From the NCBI GenBank assembly GCA_963588155.1, contig CAVAGT010000002.1, positions 8,091 through 72,090 of the forward strand: a stretch of 64,000 nt of DNA, read 5' to 3'. The stretch is from Lachnospiraceae bacterium. GTDB taxonomy: Bacteria; Bacteroidota; Bacteroidia; Bacteroidales; Bacteroidaceae. A program made the position numbers and the translations under genes. Below are positions 36,705 through 46,657 of this stretch, piece by piece. The stretch's first letter is position 1. Each line of letters starts with the position of its first letter. Under the pieces are notes generated by a model that had not been told where the DNA came from, searched no databases, and saw nothing but the letters and a program-made list of their open reading frames with translations.

Positions 36705-39704
36705 ATGTATAACTATAAAAGAAGCAGCAAGAGGAACTGGAGACGTTGTTTATTGGCAAGCTCACTCCTCATTGTTGGCTCCGCGGCTTTTGCCGAAAGC
36801 AACATCAAGGGCACCGTGGTCGACGCCAAGGGCAACCCCTTGGCAGGAGTGGTGGTGAGAGTGGAAGGCAGCAAGAATGGCACTATCACCGACGGCAACG
36901 GCCGCTACTCCATCGACGCGACACCAGCGCAACGCCTGCAATTCTCGTTCCTTGGTTTCACGAGCCAAACGGTCAGCGCCGCGAAAAGCGACCAAGTGGT
37001 ATTGCAGGAAGACGACAAGACGCTCAGCGAAGTGGTAGTAGTGGGCTACGGCACAATGCGAAGAAAAGACGTGACAAGCTCCATCACCACCCTGAAGCAA
37101 GACGACCTCAACCTTGGCGTGGTGACCTCGCCGGGCGAGCTATTGCAAGGCAAGGTACCGGGACTCGTGGTCACCACCACGGCGGACCCCAACGGCGAGC
37201 CTTCCGTGACCCTTCGCGGCGCCTCAACGCTCCGCACGGGCGAGGCCATGCAACCTTATTATATTGTGGACGGCGTGCCGGGAGTGGACCTCTCGCTGCT
37301 GTCGCCCGACGACATTGAAAGCATCGACGTGCTGCGCGACGCCACGGCAACGGCGATATATGGATCGAAGGCTGCCAACGGCGTCATCATAGTGACGACA
37401 AAGAAAGGCCGCAACGGCACCGCGCGAATAGCTTATCGAGGCTATGCCGCCATGGAAAGCGTGGCAAACGACCTTGAGCTCGCCTCTGCCACAGACCTGC
37501 GCAACTATGCCAAGGCCAACAACTTCACCCTGCCCGACGACAAGGGCGCCGACACCGACTGGCAGAAAGAGGTGGAGCGCACGGGCTTCAGCCACAACCA
37601 CAACCTCTCGGTGAGTGGCGGAACCAGCAAGTCGAGCTACAACGTCAGCCTCAACTACCTCAGCCACAAGGGCGTGATAAAAGGCACCGACAAGCAACGC
37701 TTCTCGGCAAGGGGACTGGCACAATCCAAGGTGCTGCACGACAGGCTCAACCTCGCGCTCGGCGTGAACTACAGCCGCACGGAGAGCAACGACGTGCCAA
37801 GCGGAGGCGACTGGGGAGAGGGCGTGACGGATGCCATGGCATATTATTCGCCGATACAGCCGGTGAGAAACGAGGACGGCAGCTGGTTCAGCTCGTCGAG
37901 CGTAACCCACTACTACAACCCCGTGTCGATGATCTACGAAGACATGATGAACTATGTGAAGAAGCGCGTCCAAGTAACGGGCAAGGCAGACCTCAACATC
38001 ACAAAGGGACTCACATGGAGCGCGCAGTTCTCCTACTCCGACAGGCAGAACATCACGTCCATCTACCACTCCACCCAATCGCAAATCACGCAAAGCAACG
38101 GACAGGCCACGCGCAGCACCTACTTCAGCAACAAGAAGTTGTTTGAGACTTACGCCAACTACCAAGCAAACATTGGCGACGACCACCGACTTGGATTCAT
38201 GGCGGGATACTCATGGGAAGAGTCCAACCAAGACGACGGCTTCGGGCTCACGGTGAAAGACTTCTACAACGACAACCTGAAATATTACGACCTCACCTTT
38301 GCCAACAAGATCGACGGCATCGACGCCGTGGAGAGCGGCAACCTGTCGACCCTGCGCATGATCTCCTTCTACGGACGCGCCAACTATTCCTTCGCCGACA
38401 AATACAGCCTGCAAGCCACCTTGCGTCGCGACGGCTCGTCGGCCTTCGGCAAGAACAACCGTTGGGCGACGTTCCCATCGGTGAGCGCGGCATGGCGACT
38501 GAGCGAGGAGAGTTTCATAAGGAATCTCAACATCTTCGACAACCTCTCGCTGCACGCCGGATATGGCGTGAGCGGCAACTCGCTTGGCTTCGACGCCTTC
38601 ACAGCCACGCAGACCTACGCAGCGACGGGATGGTTCCAATACACCGACTCGAAAGGCCAGACCTACAACATGCACACCATAGGGGCGACAAACAACTCCA
38701 ACCCCAACCTGAAATGGGAACGCACGGGAATGTTCAACATTGGCATCGACTTCGGCTTCTTCGGCGGCAGACTGTCGGGAACGGTGGAATACTACGACAA
38801 GCGCACCTCCGACCTCATTTATTATTACCCCGTGTCAACCAACCGCTATGCCTTTGGCACCATGACCGCCAACGTGGGCGACATAAGCAACAAGGGCGTG
38901 GAACTGAGCATCAACGCGGTGCCCGTGATGACAAAGGACTTCAAGTGGACCACGGCGCTTAACCTCTCGCACAACAGCAACAAGGTGGAGAAGCTCTCCA
39001 ACCAGACGTTCTCGGTGAACTATATCAACGAGGCCGACTGCAAGATCACCGGCAACAACGGCGTATGCGTGCAGCGCATCATGGAAGGATGCCCCATAGG
39101 GCAGTTCTACACCTACGAGTGGGCGGGATACGACGACAACGGCGTTAGCCAATTTTACGTTCACGACCCTGCCACGGGCGAGCGCACCGGCGAGACGACT
39201 ACCAAGCCACAAGACACCGACCGCGTGAAGACGGGCAGCGCGCAACCCAAGCTCACCTACGGATGGAACAACACGCTGTCTTACAAGCATTGGAGCCTGA
39301 ACGCGTTTTTCCAAGGCGTGCTGGGCAACAAGATCTTCAACGCCTTGCGCGCGCAAGGCAACTGCGTGAGCCTCATCTCGCAAGGAAAGAACGTGCTGAA
39401 GGAGTGTCTCACCAATCAGAAATACGGCGACGTGAACTCGCAGGCACCGTCAGACCGATGGATAGAGAACGGCAGCTACCTGCGCCTGTCAACGCTCACC
39501 CTGGCCTACGATTTCGGAAAGATAGGCGATTGGGTCAGCGCGCTCTCCGTGTATGCCACTTGCAACAACGTGTTCACCATCACCGCCTACAAGGGCACCG
39601 ACCCTGAGGTGGATCTCGGCGGACTGACGCCTGGCATACAATGGAGAAACAGTTATTATCCACACACCCGCACGTTCATGGTGGGCGTGAAAGTCAACTT
39701 CTAA
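36705..39704 (+). CDS. SusC/RagA family TonB-linked outer membrane transporter
   Basis: DIESIDVLRDATATAIYGSKAANGVIIVTTKKG, LKWE, C-terminal Phe. Confidence 0.95.
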   Translation: MYNYKRSSKRNWRRCLLASSLLIVGSAAFAESNIKGTVVDAKGNPLAGVVVRVEGSKNGTITDGNGRYSIDATPAQRLQFSFLGFTSQTVSAAKSDQVVLQEDDKTLSEVVVVGYGTMRRKDVTSSITTLKQDDLNLGVVTSPGELLQGKVPGLVVTTTADPNGEPSVTLRGASTLRTGEAMQPYYIVDGVPGVDLSLLSPDDIESIDVLRDATATAIYGSKAANGVIIVTTKKGRNGTARIAYRGYAAMESVANDLELASATDLRNYAKANNFTLPDDKGADTDWQKEVERTGFSHNHNLSVSGGTSKSSYNVSLNYLSHKGVIKGTDKQRFSARGLAQSKVLHDRLNLALGVNYSRTESNDVPSGGDWGEGVTDAMAYYSPIQPVRNEDGSWFSSSSVTHYYNPVSMIYEDMMNYVKKRVQVTGKADLNITKGLTWSAQFSYSDRQNITSIYHSTQSQITQSNGQATRSTYFSNKKLFETYANYQANIGDDHRLGFMAGYSWEESNQDDGFGLTVKDFYNDNLKYYDLTFANKIDGIDAVESGNLSTLRMISFYGRANYSFADKYSLQATLRRDGSSAFGKNNRWATFPSVSAAWRLSEESFIRNLNIFDNLSLHAGYGVSGNSLGFDAFTATQTYAATGWFQYTDSKGQTYNMHTIGATNNSNPNLKWERTGMFNIGIDFGFFGGRLSGTVEYYDKRTSDLIYYYPVSTNRYAFGTMTANVGDISNKGVELSINAVPVMTKDFKWTTALNLSHNSNKVEKLSNQTFSVNYINEADCKITGNNGVCVQRIMEGCPIGQFYTYEWAGYDDNGVSQFYVHDPATGERTGETTTKPQDTDRVKTGSAQPKLTYGWNNTLSYKHWSLNAFFQGVLGNKIFNALRAQGNCVSLISQGKNVLKECLTNQKYGDVNSQAPSDRWIENGSYLRLSTLTLAYDFGKIGDWVSALSVYATCNNVFTITAYKGTDPEVDLGGLTPGIQWRNSYYPHTRTFMVGVKVNF

Positions 39705-39717
39705 TGTTTAAGCTATA

Positions 39718-41349
39718 ATGGGAAAGACCAAATACCTGATGGCGGCCATTGCCACCATGACCACGATGTCGTGCACCGACCTCGACGTGGACGTGAAATC
39801 CAAGCTGACACAATATCCCACGGAGTCGGAGATTGCCCTGGAGGGAAAGATGGCGGACGCCTACTATGCCTTCCGCGAGCAGCTGGGCAACAACTACAAC
39901 CGCTACCAGACCTTCTCGTCCGACGAGGCTACGGGACTGAGCTTCGATGGCGACTATTACGACGGGGCGGAGAACATCAACCCTACCTTGCACACCTTCC
40001 TCGCGAGCGACAAGCCTCTCAACTGGTGGAGCGACGTGGCAGGAGGCATAACGAGGTGCAACAAGCTCATCGACGAGCTGGCGGAATCTGACAACGCCAC
40101 CACGAAGAGATACATCGCCAACCTGCGTGCCGTGCGCGCCTTCTACCACTTCATATTGATGGACAGCTATGGCGACGTGCCAATTCTGGACAAGATCTAC
40201 GACGACAGCGAGGCCATTGAGCGCAAGCCGCGCAAGGATGTGGCTGAGTTCATAGAGAAGGAGCTGAAGGAGTGTCTGCCCGACCTCTCCACGGCAAGCG
40301 ACGCCTCAACCTACGGCAAGCCAAACAAGTGGATGGCGGAGGCGCTCCTGGTGAAGCTGTACATGAACTGGGCGGTGTACACCTGTGGCAACGTCGCCGA
40401 CTACGACCCCAACACCACGGCGAACACCAAGCTCAACGACGCGGTTTACTATTGCGACGACATCATCAATAGCGGGCTTTTCAACCTATCGGACAGCTAC
40501 CGCAAGAAGTTCCTCTACGACAACGGGGCGCAGATAAAAGACTTCATCTACGCCATGCCCTACGACTGCGTGTCGGCACAAGGCATGCTCTACGGACGCT
40601 TCCGCACGTTCAGGAAGATAGACCAAGGCTCGCCCACCGGCTACTACAACGGACTGATGAAAAAGTCGTGCGCCGGCATTTGCGCCATGAACCCGGAGTT
40701 CAGCGACCTCTTCACCCTCGAAGGCGACGAGCGCAACAAGTGCGTGCTGATGGGCAAGGTGTTCATCCACGATGCCATAACAGGCGAGGAGACCCAGACG
40801 CCTTACGTATACAATGGCTCGCAACTGGAGTTTACCAAGACCATAACGCTGAAAAGCGGCGGCGAGGCTCAGCTCAATGCCGGAGCCACACCCGACGGAT
40901 GGCGACAAGGCTACAGGTCGATAAAGTTTTATCCCAACCCCAACGAGTTTGCCGAGCACGAACGCTATCAGAGCAACGACGTGCCTATATTCCGCTACGC
41001 CGACATATTGCTTGAAAAGGCGGAAGCCATACTTCGCGGAGCCAACGCCACCAACGGCGACACGCCGCAGAGCCTGTTCAACCAGATACGCGCCTATGTC
41101 AACGCGCCATTGATTGACCACGCGCCTTCGCTGAAAGAGCTCCTCGACGAGCGAGGCCGCGAGTTCTTCGACGAGAACTGGCGCCGCAACGACATGATAC
41201 GCTTCGGCACCTTCGAGAGCGAATACGGATTCCACAAAAAAGGATTCGCAAACGCCAACTTCGACAAGCAGCGACGCGTGTTCCCCGTGCCCACATCGGT
41301 AATGGAGGAAAACACCAACTGGAAGCAAAATGCCGGGTATGAAGAATAG
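39718..41349 (+). CDS. SusD/RagB family nutrient-binding lipoprotein
   Basis: Lipobox TMSC, YGDVPI, FRYADILLEKAEA, ERGREFFDENWRRNDMIRFG, QNAGY. Confidence 0.94.
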   Translation: MGKTKYLMAAIATMTTMSCTDLDVDVKSKLTQYPTESEIALEGKMADAYYAFREQLGNNYNRYQTFSSDEATGLSFDGDYYDGAENINPTLHTFLASDKPLNWWSDVAGGITRCNKLIDELAESDNATTKRYIANLRAVRAFYHFILMDSYGDVPILDKIYDDSEAIERKPRKDVAEFIEKELKECLPDLSTASDASTYGKPNKWMAEALLVKLYMNWAVYTCGNVADYDPNTTANTKLNDAVYYCDDIINSGLFNLSDSYRKKFLYDNGAQIKDFIYAMPYDCVSAQGMLYGRFRTFRKIDQGSPTGYYNGLMKKSCAGICAMNPEFSDLFTLEGDERNKCVLMGKVFIHDAITGEETQTPYVYNGSQLEFTKTITLKSGGEAQLNAGATPDGWRQGYRSIKFYPNPNEFAEHERYQSNDVPIFRYADILLEKAEAILRGANATNGDTPQSLFNQIRAYVNAPLIDHAPSLKELLDERGREFFDENWRRNDMIRFGTFESEYGFHKKGFANANFDKQRRVFPVPTSVMEENTNWKQNAGYEE

Positions 41350-41398
41350 CGACTCAAACACCTGAAAGACAACATTTTCACAACACTTCATACGCAAC

Positions 41399-41430
41399 AG
41401 GGCGGCCCATTTGGACCGCCCTATTTGTTT
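41399..41430 (+). terminator. intrinsic terminator after susD2
   Basis: AGGGCGG...CCGCCCT stem followed by ATTTGTTT. Confidence 0.65.
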
Positions 41431-41458
41431 ATATCCAGCACTGCGTTGCAGCAGTGTC

Positions 41459-41569
41459 AAAACACCCTTTCGGCTTTCCAGTGCTATGTCGATGACATTC
41501 CAATGCTATGACGATGGCTTTCCAGTGCAAAGCCGATGACATTCCAGTGCAAAGCCGAAACGGTGTTTT
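41459..41569. repeat. intergenic 4x22-bp palindromic tandem module, copy B
   Basis: Units start at 41471, 41493, 41515, 41537 (e.g. TGGCTTTCCAGTGCAAAGCCGA); 19-bp inverted ends with one mismatch. Confidence 0.85.
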
Positions 41570-41593
41570 TTAAAACGTTTTTGACCTACTGTC

Positions 41594-43870
41594 TTATTTT
41601 GTCAACGTGAGCTTTGCCGACTGCACGTCTGCGCTGTTGGCACCTATCATTATGTCGAAGTCGCCAGGCTCAAGCACCGCCTTGCCCTCGTTGTCATAAT
41701 AGCTGAGAGTTGTGGCGTCGATGTCGAACGACACCGTCTTGCTCTCACCCTTGGCGAGGTGAACGCGCTGGAAGCCTTTGAGCTCTTTCACCGGTCTTAC
41801 GATGCTCGCGAAACGGTCGCGTATGTAAAATTGCACGATTTCATCGCCATCACGAGTACCCGTATTGGTGATGGTAGCGGTTGCCGTGATCTTGCTACCT
41901 GCGGTCATCGTGGGAGAAGACAGCGTCACCGGACTGTAGCTGTAGGTGGTGTAGCTCAAGCCGTATCCGAAAGGATAAAGCGGACCCTGGGTCACGTCGG
42001 TATAGTTGCTTTGATATTTGCGGAACACCTTGCTGCCGTCTTCCACGGGGCGACCCGTGTTGAGGTGGTTGTAATAGATTGGCACCTGCCCCGTGTTGCG
42101 CGGGAAACTGTTAACCAGCTTGCCCGTAGGCACCTTGTCGCCAAAGAGCACGTCGCAAATGGCGTCACCTGTCTCAGAGCCAGCGAACCACACGTTCATG
42201 ATAGCCGCCACATTGTCGTTCTCCCACGAGAGCACGGTTGGACGGCCGGCGAAGTTGAGCAGCACCACGGGCTTGCCCGTCCTCACGAGCGCCTTCAGCA
42301 AGCGAGCCTCAGCATCGGGCATGGTAAGGTCGGTACGTGCCGAGCTCTCACCGCTCATTTCTGCCATTTCACCGAGGCAAGCCACGATGACATCGGCGTT
42401 TTTAGCCACTTTCAAAGCCTCAGCCAGCATTTGCTTGCCGTCGCCGCGTGGTATGGGGCGGCCAAAGTCGACCGATGCCTGACGCACGCTGTCGTCGTAG
42501 ATATTCGAGCCTTGGGCATAAGTCACCGTGGCCTTGTCGCCAAGATAGCGCTGCATGGCTTCCTTTATCGTGGTGTATTTCTCAGGCTTGTCGCCCGTGG
42601 ACCAGCATCCGGGAAGGTTGTTGCGAGTGTCGGCAAGAGGGCCTATAAGAGCGATGGAACCTTGCTTTTTGAGTGGCAAGACGTTGTTGGCATTCTTCAA
42701 CAACACGAAAGTCTGCGTGGCTATGTCGCGTGCCGTTTGGCGATGCTCAGCCGTGTAGAGCTCCTTCTTCTCGCGCTTTTGGTCGCAATAGCGGTAAGGG
42801 TCCTCGAAAAGCCCTAGCTTGTATTTTGCCTCCAAGACGCGTCTCACGGCTTGGTCGACCTGCGCCATAGTCACGGTGCCGTTATCGAGGCAAGCCTTCA
42901 GCTGGGCAAGATAAGCCGATGAGCACATGTCCATGTCGGTTCCTGCCTTCAATGCTTGCGCCGCGCTCTGCTGCTGGTCGCCGAAGCCCCAAGTTGTCAT
43001 CTCGCCGATAGAGCCATAGTCGGTGACAAGGAAGCCGTTGAAGCCCCACTGGTCGCGCAGGACATCGGTCAGCAGCCAACGGTTGCCCGTGGCAGGCATG
43101 CCGTCTACAACGTTGAACGACGACATCACCGAGCCCACGCCAGCCTTCACCGCTGCCTCGTAGGGCGGCAGGTATTGGTTATACATGCGCAGGTGGCTCA
43201 TGTCCACCGTGTTGTAGTCGCGTCCCGACTCCGACGCGCCATAGAGGGCATAATGTTTGAGGCACGCCATAAGCTCGTTCTTGGCATATCCGTTTTGCTC
43301 TCCTGAGCCTTGATAGCCACGTATGGCAGCAACGCCCATCACCGACGAGAGATAAGGATCCTCGCCATAGCCCTCCGCCACACGGCCCCAACGGGCATCG
43401 AGGGCGACATCGACCATGGGGCTGTAGTCCCAGCAAATGCCGCTCGCCGTGGCCTCCTCGGCAGCCATGCGCGCGCCAGCCTCTATCGACTGCGGATTCC
43501 ACGAGCACGCTTGCGCCAACGGAATGGGGAGCACCGTCTCGTAACCGTGAATCACGTCAAGACCGAAGATGAGCGGAATGTGCAGGCGGCTCTTCTTGAC
43601 CGCCACTTCCTGCAACGCCCTCACCTTGGACGCGCCTTTCGTGTTCAAGACCGCGCCAAGCTTGCCTTTCTCTATCAGGTCCACAAGCGGCGAGTTGGTC
43701 TTGGCGCCGGTGGTGAGGTCGGTTCCGGGCATGAGGTTGAGCTGGCCTATCTTCTCCTCAATGGTCATCTTCGCCATCAAGTTGTCAACAAACTCGTTCA
43801 TGGGCATCTTCTGCGCATGAAGTGATAGACAAGAAAGGGCAAGGGATAAACCCAATATTGTTTTCTTCAT
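41594..43870 (-). CDS. bglX: periplasmic beta-glucosidase BglX (GH3)
   Basis: Signal peptide, EEKIGQLN, DVIHGY, RWGRVAEGYGEDP, ACLKHY, catalytic VTDY, SGES, Fn3-like C-terminus. Confidence 0.92.
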   Translation of the reverse strand: MKKTILGLSLALSCLSLHAQKMPMNEFVDNLMAKMTIEEKIGQLNLMPGTDLTTGAKTNSPLVDLIEKGKLGAVLNTKGASKVRALQEVAVKKSRLHIPLIFGLDVIHGYETVLPIPLAQACSWNPQSIEAGARMAAEEATASGICWDYSPMVDVALDARWGRVAEGYGEDPYLSSVMGVAAIRGYQGSGEQNGYAKNELMACLKHYALYGASESGRDYNTVDMSHLRMYNQYLPPYEAAVKAGVGSVMSSFNVVDGMPATGNRWLLTDVLRDQWGFNGFLVTDYGSIGEMTTWGFGDQQQSAAQALKAGTDMDMCSSAYLAQLKACLDNGTVTMAQVDQAVRRVLEAKYKLGLFEDPYRYCDQKREKKELYTAEHRQTARDIATQTFVLLKNANNVLPLKKQGSIALIGPLADTRNNLPGCWSTGDKPEKYTTIKEAMQRYLGDKATVTYAQGSNIYDDSVRQASVDFGRPIPRGDGKQMLAEALKVAKNADVIVACLGEMAEMSGESSARTDLTMPDAEARLLKALVRTGKPVVLLNFAGRPTVLSWENDNVAAIMNVWFAGSETGDAICDVLFGDKVPTGKLVNSFPRNTGQVPIYYNHLNTGRPVEDGSKVFRKYQSNYTDVTQGPLYPFGYGLSYTTYSYSPVTLSSPTMTAGSKITATATITNTGTRDGDEIVQFYIRDRFASIVRPVKELKGFQRVHLAKGESKTVSFDIDATTLSYYDNEGKAVLEPGDFDIMIGANSADVQSAKLTLTK

Positions 43871-43911
43871 AAAATTATAGCATTAAAAGTCATTTTCGAG
43901 GTTGCCATTCG

Positions 43912-44007
43912 GGTTGCGGACGGGCACAGGGCCCGCCCCTGCACGTCAACCGCGATACCCTTTTTCGGATTGTATGGCAGGGGCGGGCCCAGTGCCCGTC
44001 CGCAACC
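43912..44007. repeat. inverted pair of REP-like units (REPIN-like) between GH16 and GH3
   Basis: 31-bp arms 43912-43942 and 43977-44007 with one mismatch, 34-bp spacer; same unit as 15683-15707. Confidence 0.85.
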
Positions 44008-44028
44008 ATTTTTCACCATTCTCCGTGT

Positions 44029-45129
44029 TTATTTTTTCTGGAACACCCTGACGTAGTCGACCTTCATCGTGGCTGGCAATGCTGTCTCGTCTACGCCTTT
44101 CAGTCCGCCCCAGCTACCGCCCCAGGCTAGATTGAGTATTACATAGAAAGGCTCGTTGAACGGCCAATAGGTCTTGGTCTTGTTGTCGGGAGTGTAAGAG
44201 TAGTATTTCTCGCCGTCGATATAATAGGCCAAGTAGTCCTCTGTCCACTCGCAAGCATAAGTGTGCCATCCGCCTTCGGCGTCGGCTACATATTTCTCCT
44301 TGTGTTCCTTCGCCGTTCCACCATTGTTGTACGCGTTGCAATGAATCGTTGACGACACGTAGTTGGGGTTATAGCCCACTTCCTCCATTATGTCGTTCTC
44401 GCCGTCTTCAGGCCAGTTCTTGAAGTTGACGGGCATCATCCAGAAGGCGGGCCAAGTGCCCCTACCCTTTGGCAACATGATGCGCGCCTCTATCCAACCA
44501 TACTTCCAACCCGTGTTTCGGCAAGCGTATAACCTGCCCGAGCAAACGCGTCCGGCATCGTTCTTGTAGCACGTGATGCTCAGCACACCGTCGGAGACGC
44601 TCGTGGTCTTTCCGTCGTTCACGTAATACTGCAACTCGTTGTTCACCCACCCGGCGTTTTGTATCTCATGCGTCCAGTCGGTGCCCAAGGTCTTTCCGTT
44701 GAACTCGTCGTGCCATGCCAGCTTGTATCCATCCGGAGCCTTTATGTCATCGTCCGACGGGTCGACCGTGGATGATGCTTGCTGTACTACCGGGATGGAG
44801 ACTGCCTGTACGCCGGAAACCAACTTCACGTTGCCGCTGCGCGCGTCCTTTGCCGTGTTGGCCTCTATCGTGACGCTCACGGAGCCGCTCTTCGAGGTCG
44901 TTCCCGTGGAGCTCACCTTTATCCAACTGTCCTCAGTGTAGGCACGCCATTCCTTCGGCGCGTCGGTGACTGCCACGGTAAACGTTCCGCCCTCAGCCGG
45001 ACAGCTTATGTTTGCAGGAGAAGCCGTGAGGCTCAACGTGGGCACGTTGTTTTCACCGCCGCCGTTGCCTCCACAAGCCGTCAACGACAGGAACATGAAG
45101 AACAATAAAAGCAAATTGTTTATTCTCAT
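44029..45129 (-). CDS. GH16 endo-beta-1,3-glucanase (laminarinase-like) lipoprotein with N-terminal BACON domain
   Basis: Lipobox LTAC, BACON-like WIKVS...ANT...RSG, WHDEF, GWVNNELQYY, GTWPAFWM, catalytic ENDIME (EXDXXE), VDYVRV. Confidence 0.92.
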   Translation of the reverse strand: MRINNLLLLFFMFLSLTACGGNGGGENNVPTLSLTASPANISCPAEGGTFTVAVTDAPKEWRAYTEDSWIKVSSTGTTSKSGSVSVTIEANTAKDARSGNVKLVSGVQAVSIPVVQQASSTVDPSDDDIKAPDGYKLAWHDEFNGKTLGTDWTHEIQNAGWVNNELQYYVNDGKTTSVSDGVLSITCYKNDAGRVCSGRLYACRNTGWKYGWIEARIMLPKGRGTWPAFWMMPVNFKNWPEDGENDIMEEVGYNPNYVSSTIHCNAYNNGGTAKEHKEKYVADAEGGWHTYACEWTEDYLAYYIDGEKYYSYTPDNKTKTYWPFNEPFYVILNLAWGGSWGGLKGVDETALPATMKVDYVRVFQKK

Positions 45130-45154
45130 GGTAAAAATTATATCCAATAGGTAT

Positions 45155-45191
45155 AAGAAAGGGTATGCCACGCCTTTAGCATGGCATACCC
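45155..45191 (-). terminator. intra-PUL stem-loop between SGBP-B and GH16
   Basis: GGGTATGCCA...TGGCATACCC 10-bp arms; minus-strand tail TTTCTT. Confidence 0.7.
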
Positions 45192-45206
45192 CATGGTTTC
45201 ATCGTC

Positions 45207-46607
45207 TTATTTCGCTGTTTTCTGAATGGTGATGTCGCTCAAGGTGACCACCGACCCGGCAGGCGCGCCACCAAAGTCGAACACCACGTTCACCGATGAG
45301 GCATCGGCAGAGAGAGCCTTTGCCGGAACCTTAATCTCTGTTTCCATGTCAGCGGTGATGTCGTGGCGGCCATCGGTGAAGAACACGTTGGCATCGTCAA
45401 CGCTCACCACCTTGAAGGTCATGCCAGAGATGTCGGTGGTGGAATGTACCTTCACTCGCACGTCATAGTTCTCGCCAGCCGCCACGGGCAAGAGCTTGCC
45501 GAGGGTCTCAGTGTGGAATATCACCTGGGCCTGCCACTGGTTGTTGCTCTCGTCGGGCAAGGTCACCTGGTACTTGCCGCCGCCGAGCGCCTTGAAGCCT
45601 ATCGGGTCGGCGTTGGTCTCCCAGCTGTCGCCATGGGCATAATAGAAGGTCATCATCGACTCGTCGAAGCTGTCGTCTATTTGTTTCCAGATGTTGTTTG
45701 GCGAGTCGTAGGTGTAGACAGTCGGGTCTTCCACCACTTCTGGCAACACTGTGCCGTCATCGTTGGCATGGTCTTTCAAGACGATGTTCTCCACGTTGAT
45801 TGTAGTGTTCTCGGCATTGCCGCCAAAGTCGAACACTATCTTAATCTGCGCTGCGTCGATGCCCTTCACGTCGCTCTTCCAGAAGCATACGGGCTCTCCG
45901 GCTTTCAGCGTGGCCTTTTCAGCGAAGAGGAAGTTGTTGTCGTCTGTGGCGTCGGTCACCTTGATGGTCACTCCGTTGTGGTCGGTGTTGGAGGTGAAGA
46001 TGACCGAGAAGTCGTAGCTCTTGTCGGCCGAGAGCGAGATGCTGGATGGCAAGTGCATCTGTCCCTGCCACTGGTCGGTGGTGGCTGAAGGCAGGGAGAT
46101 GCCCTCATAGTCGTAGCCATCCATGCTATACGTCGGGTCAGCTATCTGGCTCCATCCCGGGGCGTAATAGAACATGCTTGGCTTGTGGGCCGAGGCATCC
46201 TCGCTGCGCCAAAGGTTGAAGTCGCTGTCCGCCACGAAGCCGCCAAAGCCGGTCATCTTGGTCTTGTTGACATGGAACGTCTGCGTCAGGCTGCCGTCGG
46301 ATATGCCGTTGCGGTTTTTCACCTTGCACTCCACGGTGTAGTCGCCCGCCTTGCGATAATAGGCAGAATCCTTATAGGCCGTGGAATAACGCGAGCCGTT
46401 GATGATCCACACCGGCGTGACGCCTTGAACCGTCTGGTCGAAATCGAAGTGCGCCTGGTTTGTGTTCTGGTCTACAGTCACCTTGAAGGCGTTGGCGTAA
46501 TCGCCCACCTGCGGCAGACCGTTTGGGTCAGCGCCACTGTACTCCTCTGGCGAGCAAGCCACAAGAGCCAAGGCAGCGAGACATGTAACGAATATCTTTG
46601 TTTTCAT
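45207..46607 (-). CDS. surface glycan-binding lipoprotein (SGBP-B type; PKD/Ig-like domain plus two CBM-like repeats)
   Basis: Lipobox LVAC, position after susD, two internal repeats (MFYYAPGW...QWQGQM...VFDFGG and TFYYAHGDSW...QWQAQV...VFDFGG). Confidence 0.78.
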   Translation of the reverse strand: MKTKIFVTCLAALALVACSPEEYSGADPNGLPQVGDYANAFKVTVDQNTNQAHFDFDQTVQGVTPVWIINGSRYSTAYKDSAYYRKAGDYTVECKVKNRNGISDGSLTQTFHVNKTKMTGFGGFVADSDFNLWRSEDASAHKPSMFYYAPGWSQIADPTYSMDGYDYEGISLPSATTDQWQGQMHLPSSISLSADKSYDFSVIFTSNTDHNGVTIKVTDATDDNNFLFAEKATLKAGEPVCFWKSDVKGIDAAQIKIVFDFGGNAENTTINVENIVLKDHANDDGTVLPEVVEDPTVYTYDSPNNIWKQIDDSFDESMMTFYYAHGDSWETNADPIGFKALGGGKYQVTLPDESNNQWQAQVIFHTETLGKLLPVAAGENYDVRVKVHSTTDISGMTFKVVSVDDANVFFTDGRHDITADMETEIKVPAKALSADASSVNVVFDFGGAPAGSVVTLSDITIQKTAK

Positions 46608-46657
46608 GATTGTATTCTTTTTTATTCCCTTATTCTCTTATTTTCCTCCTCTTGGCG

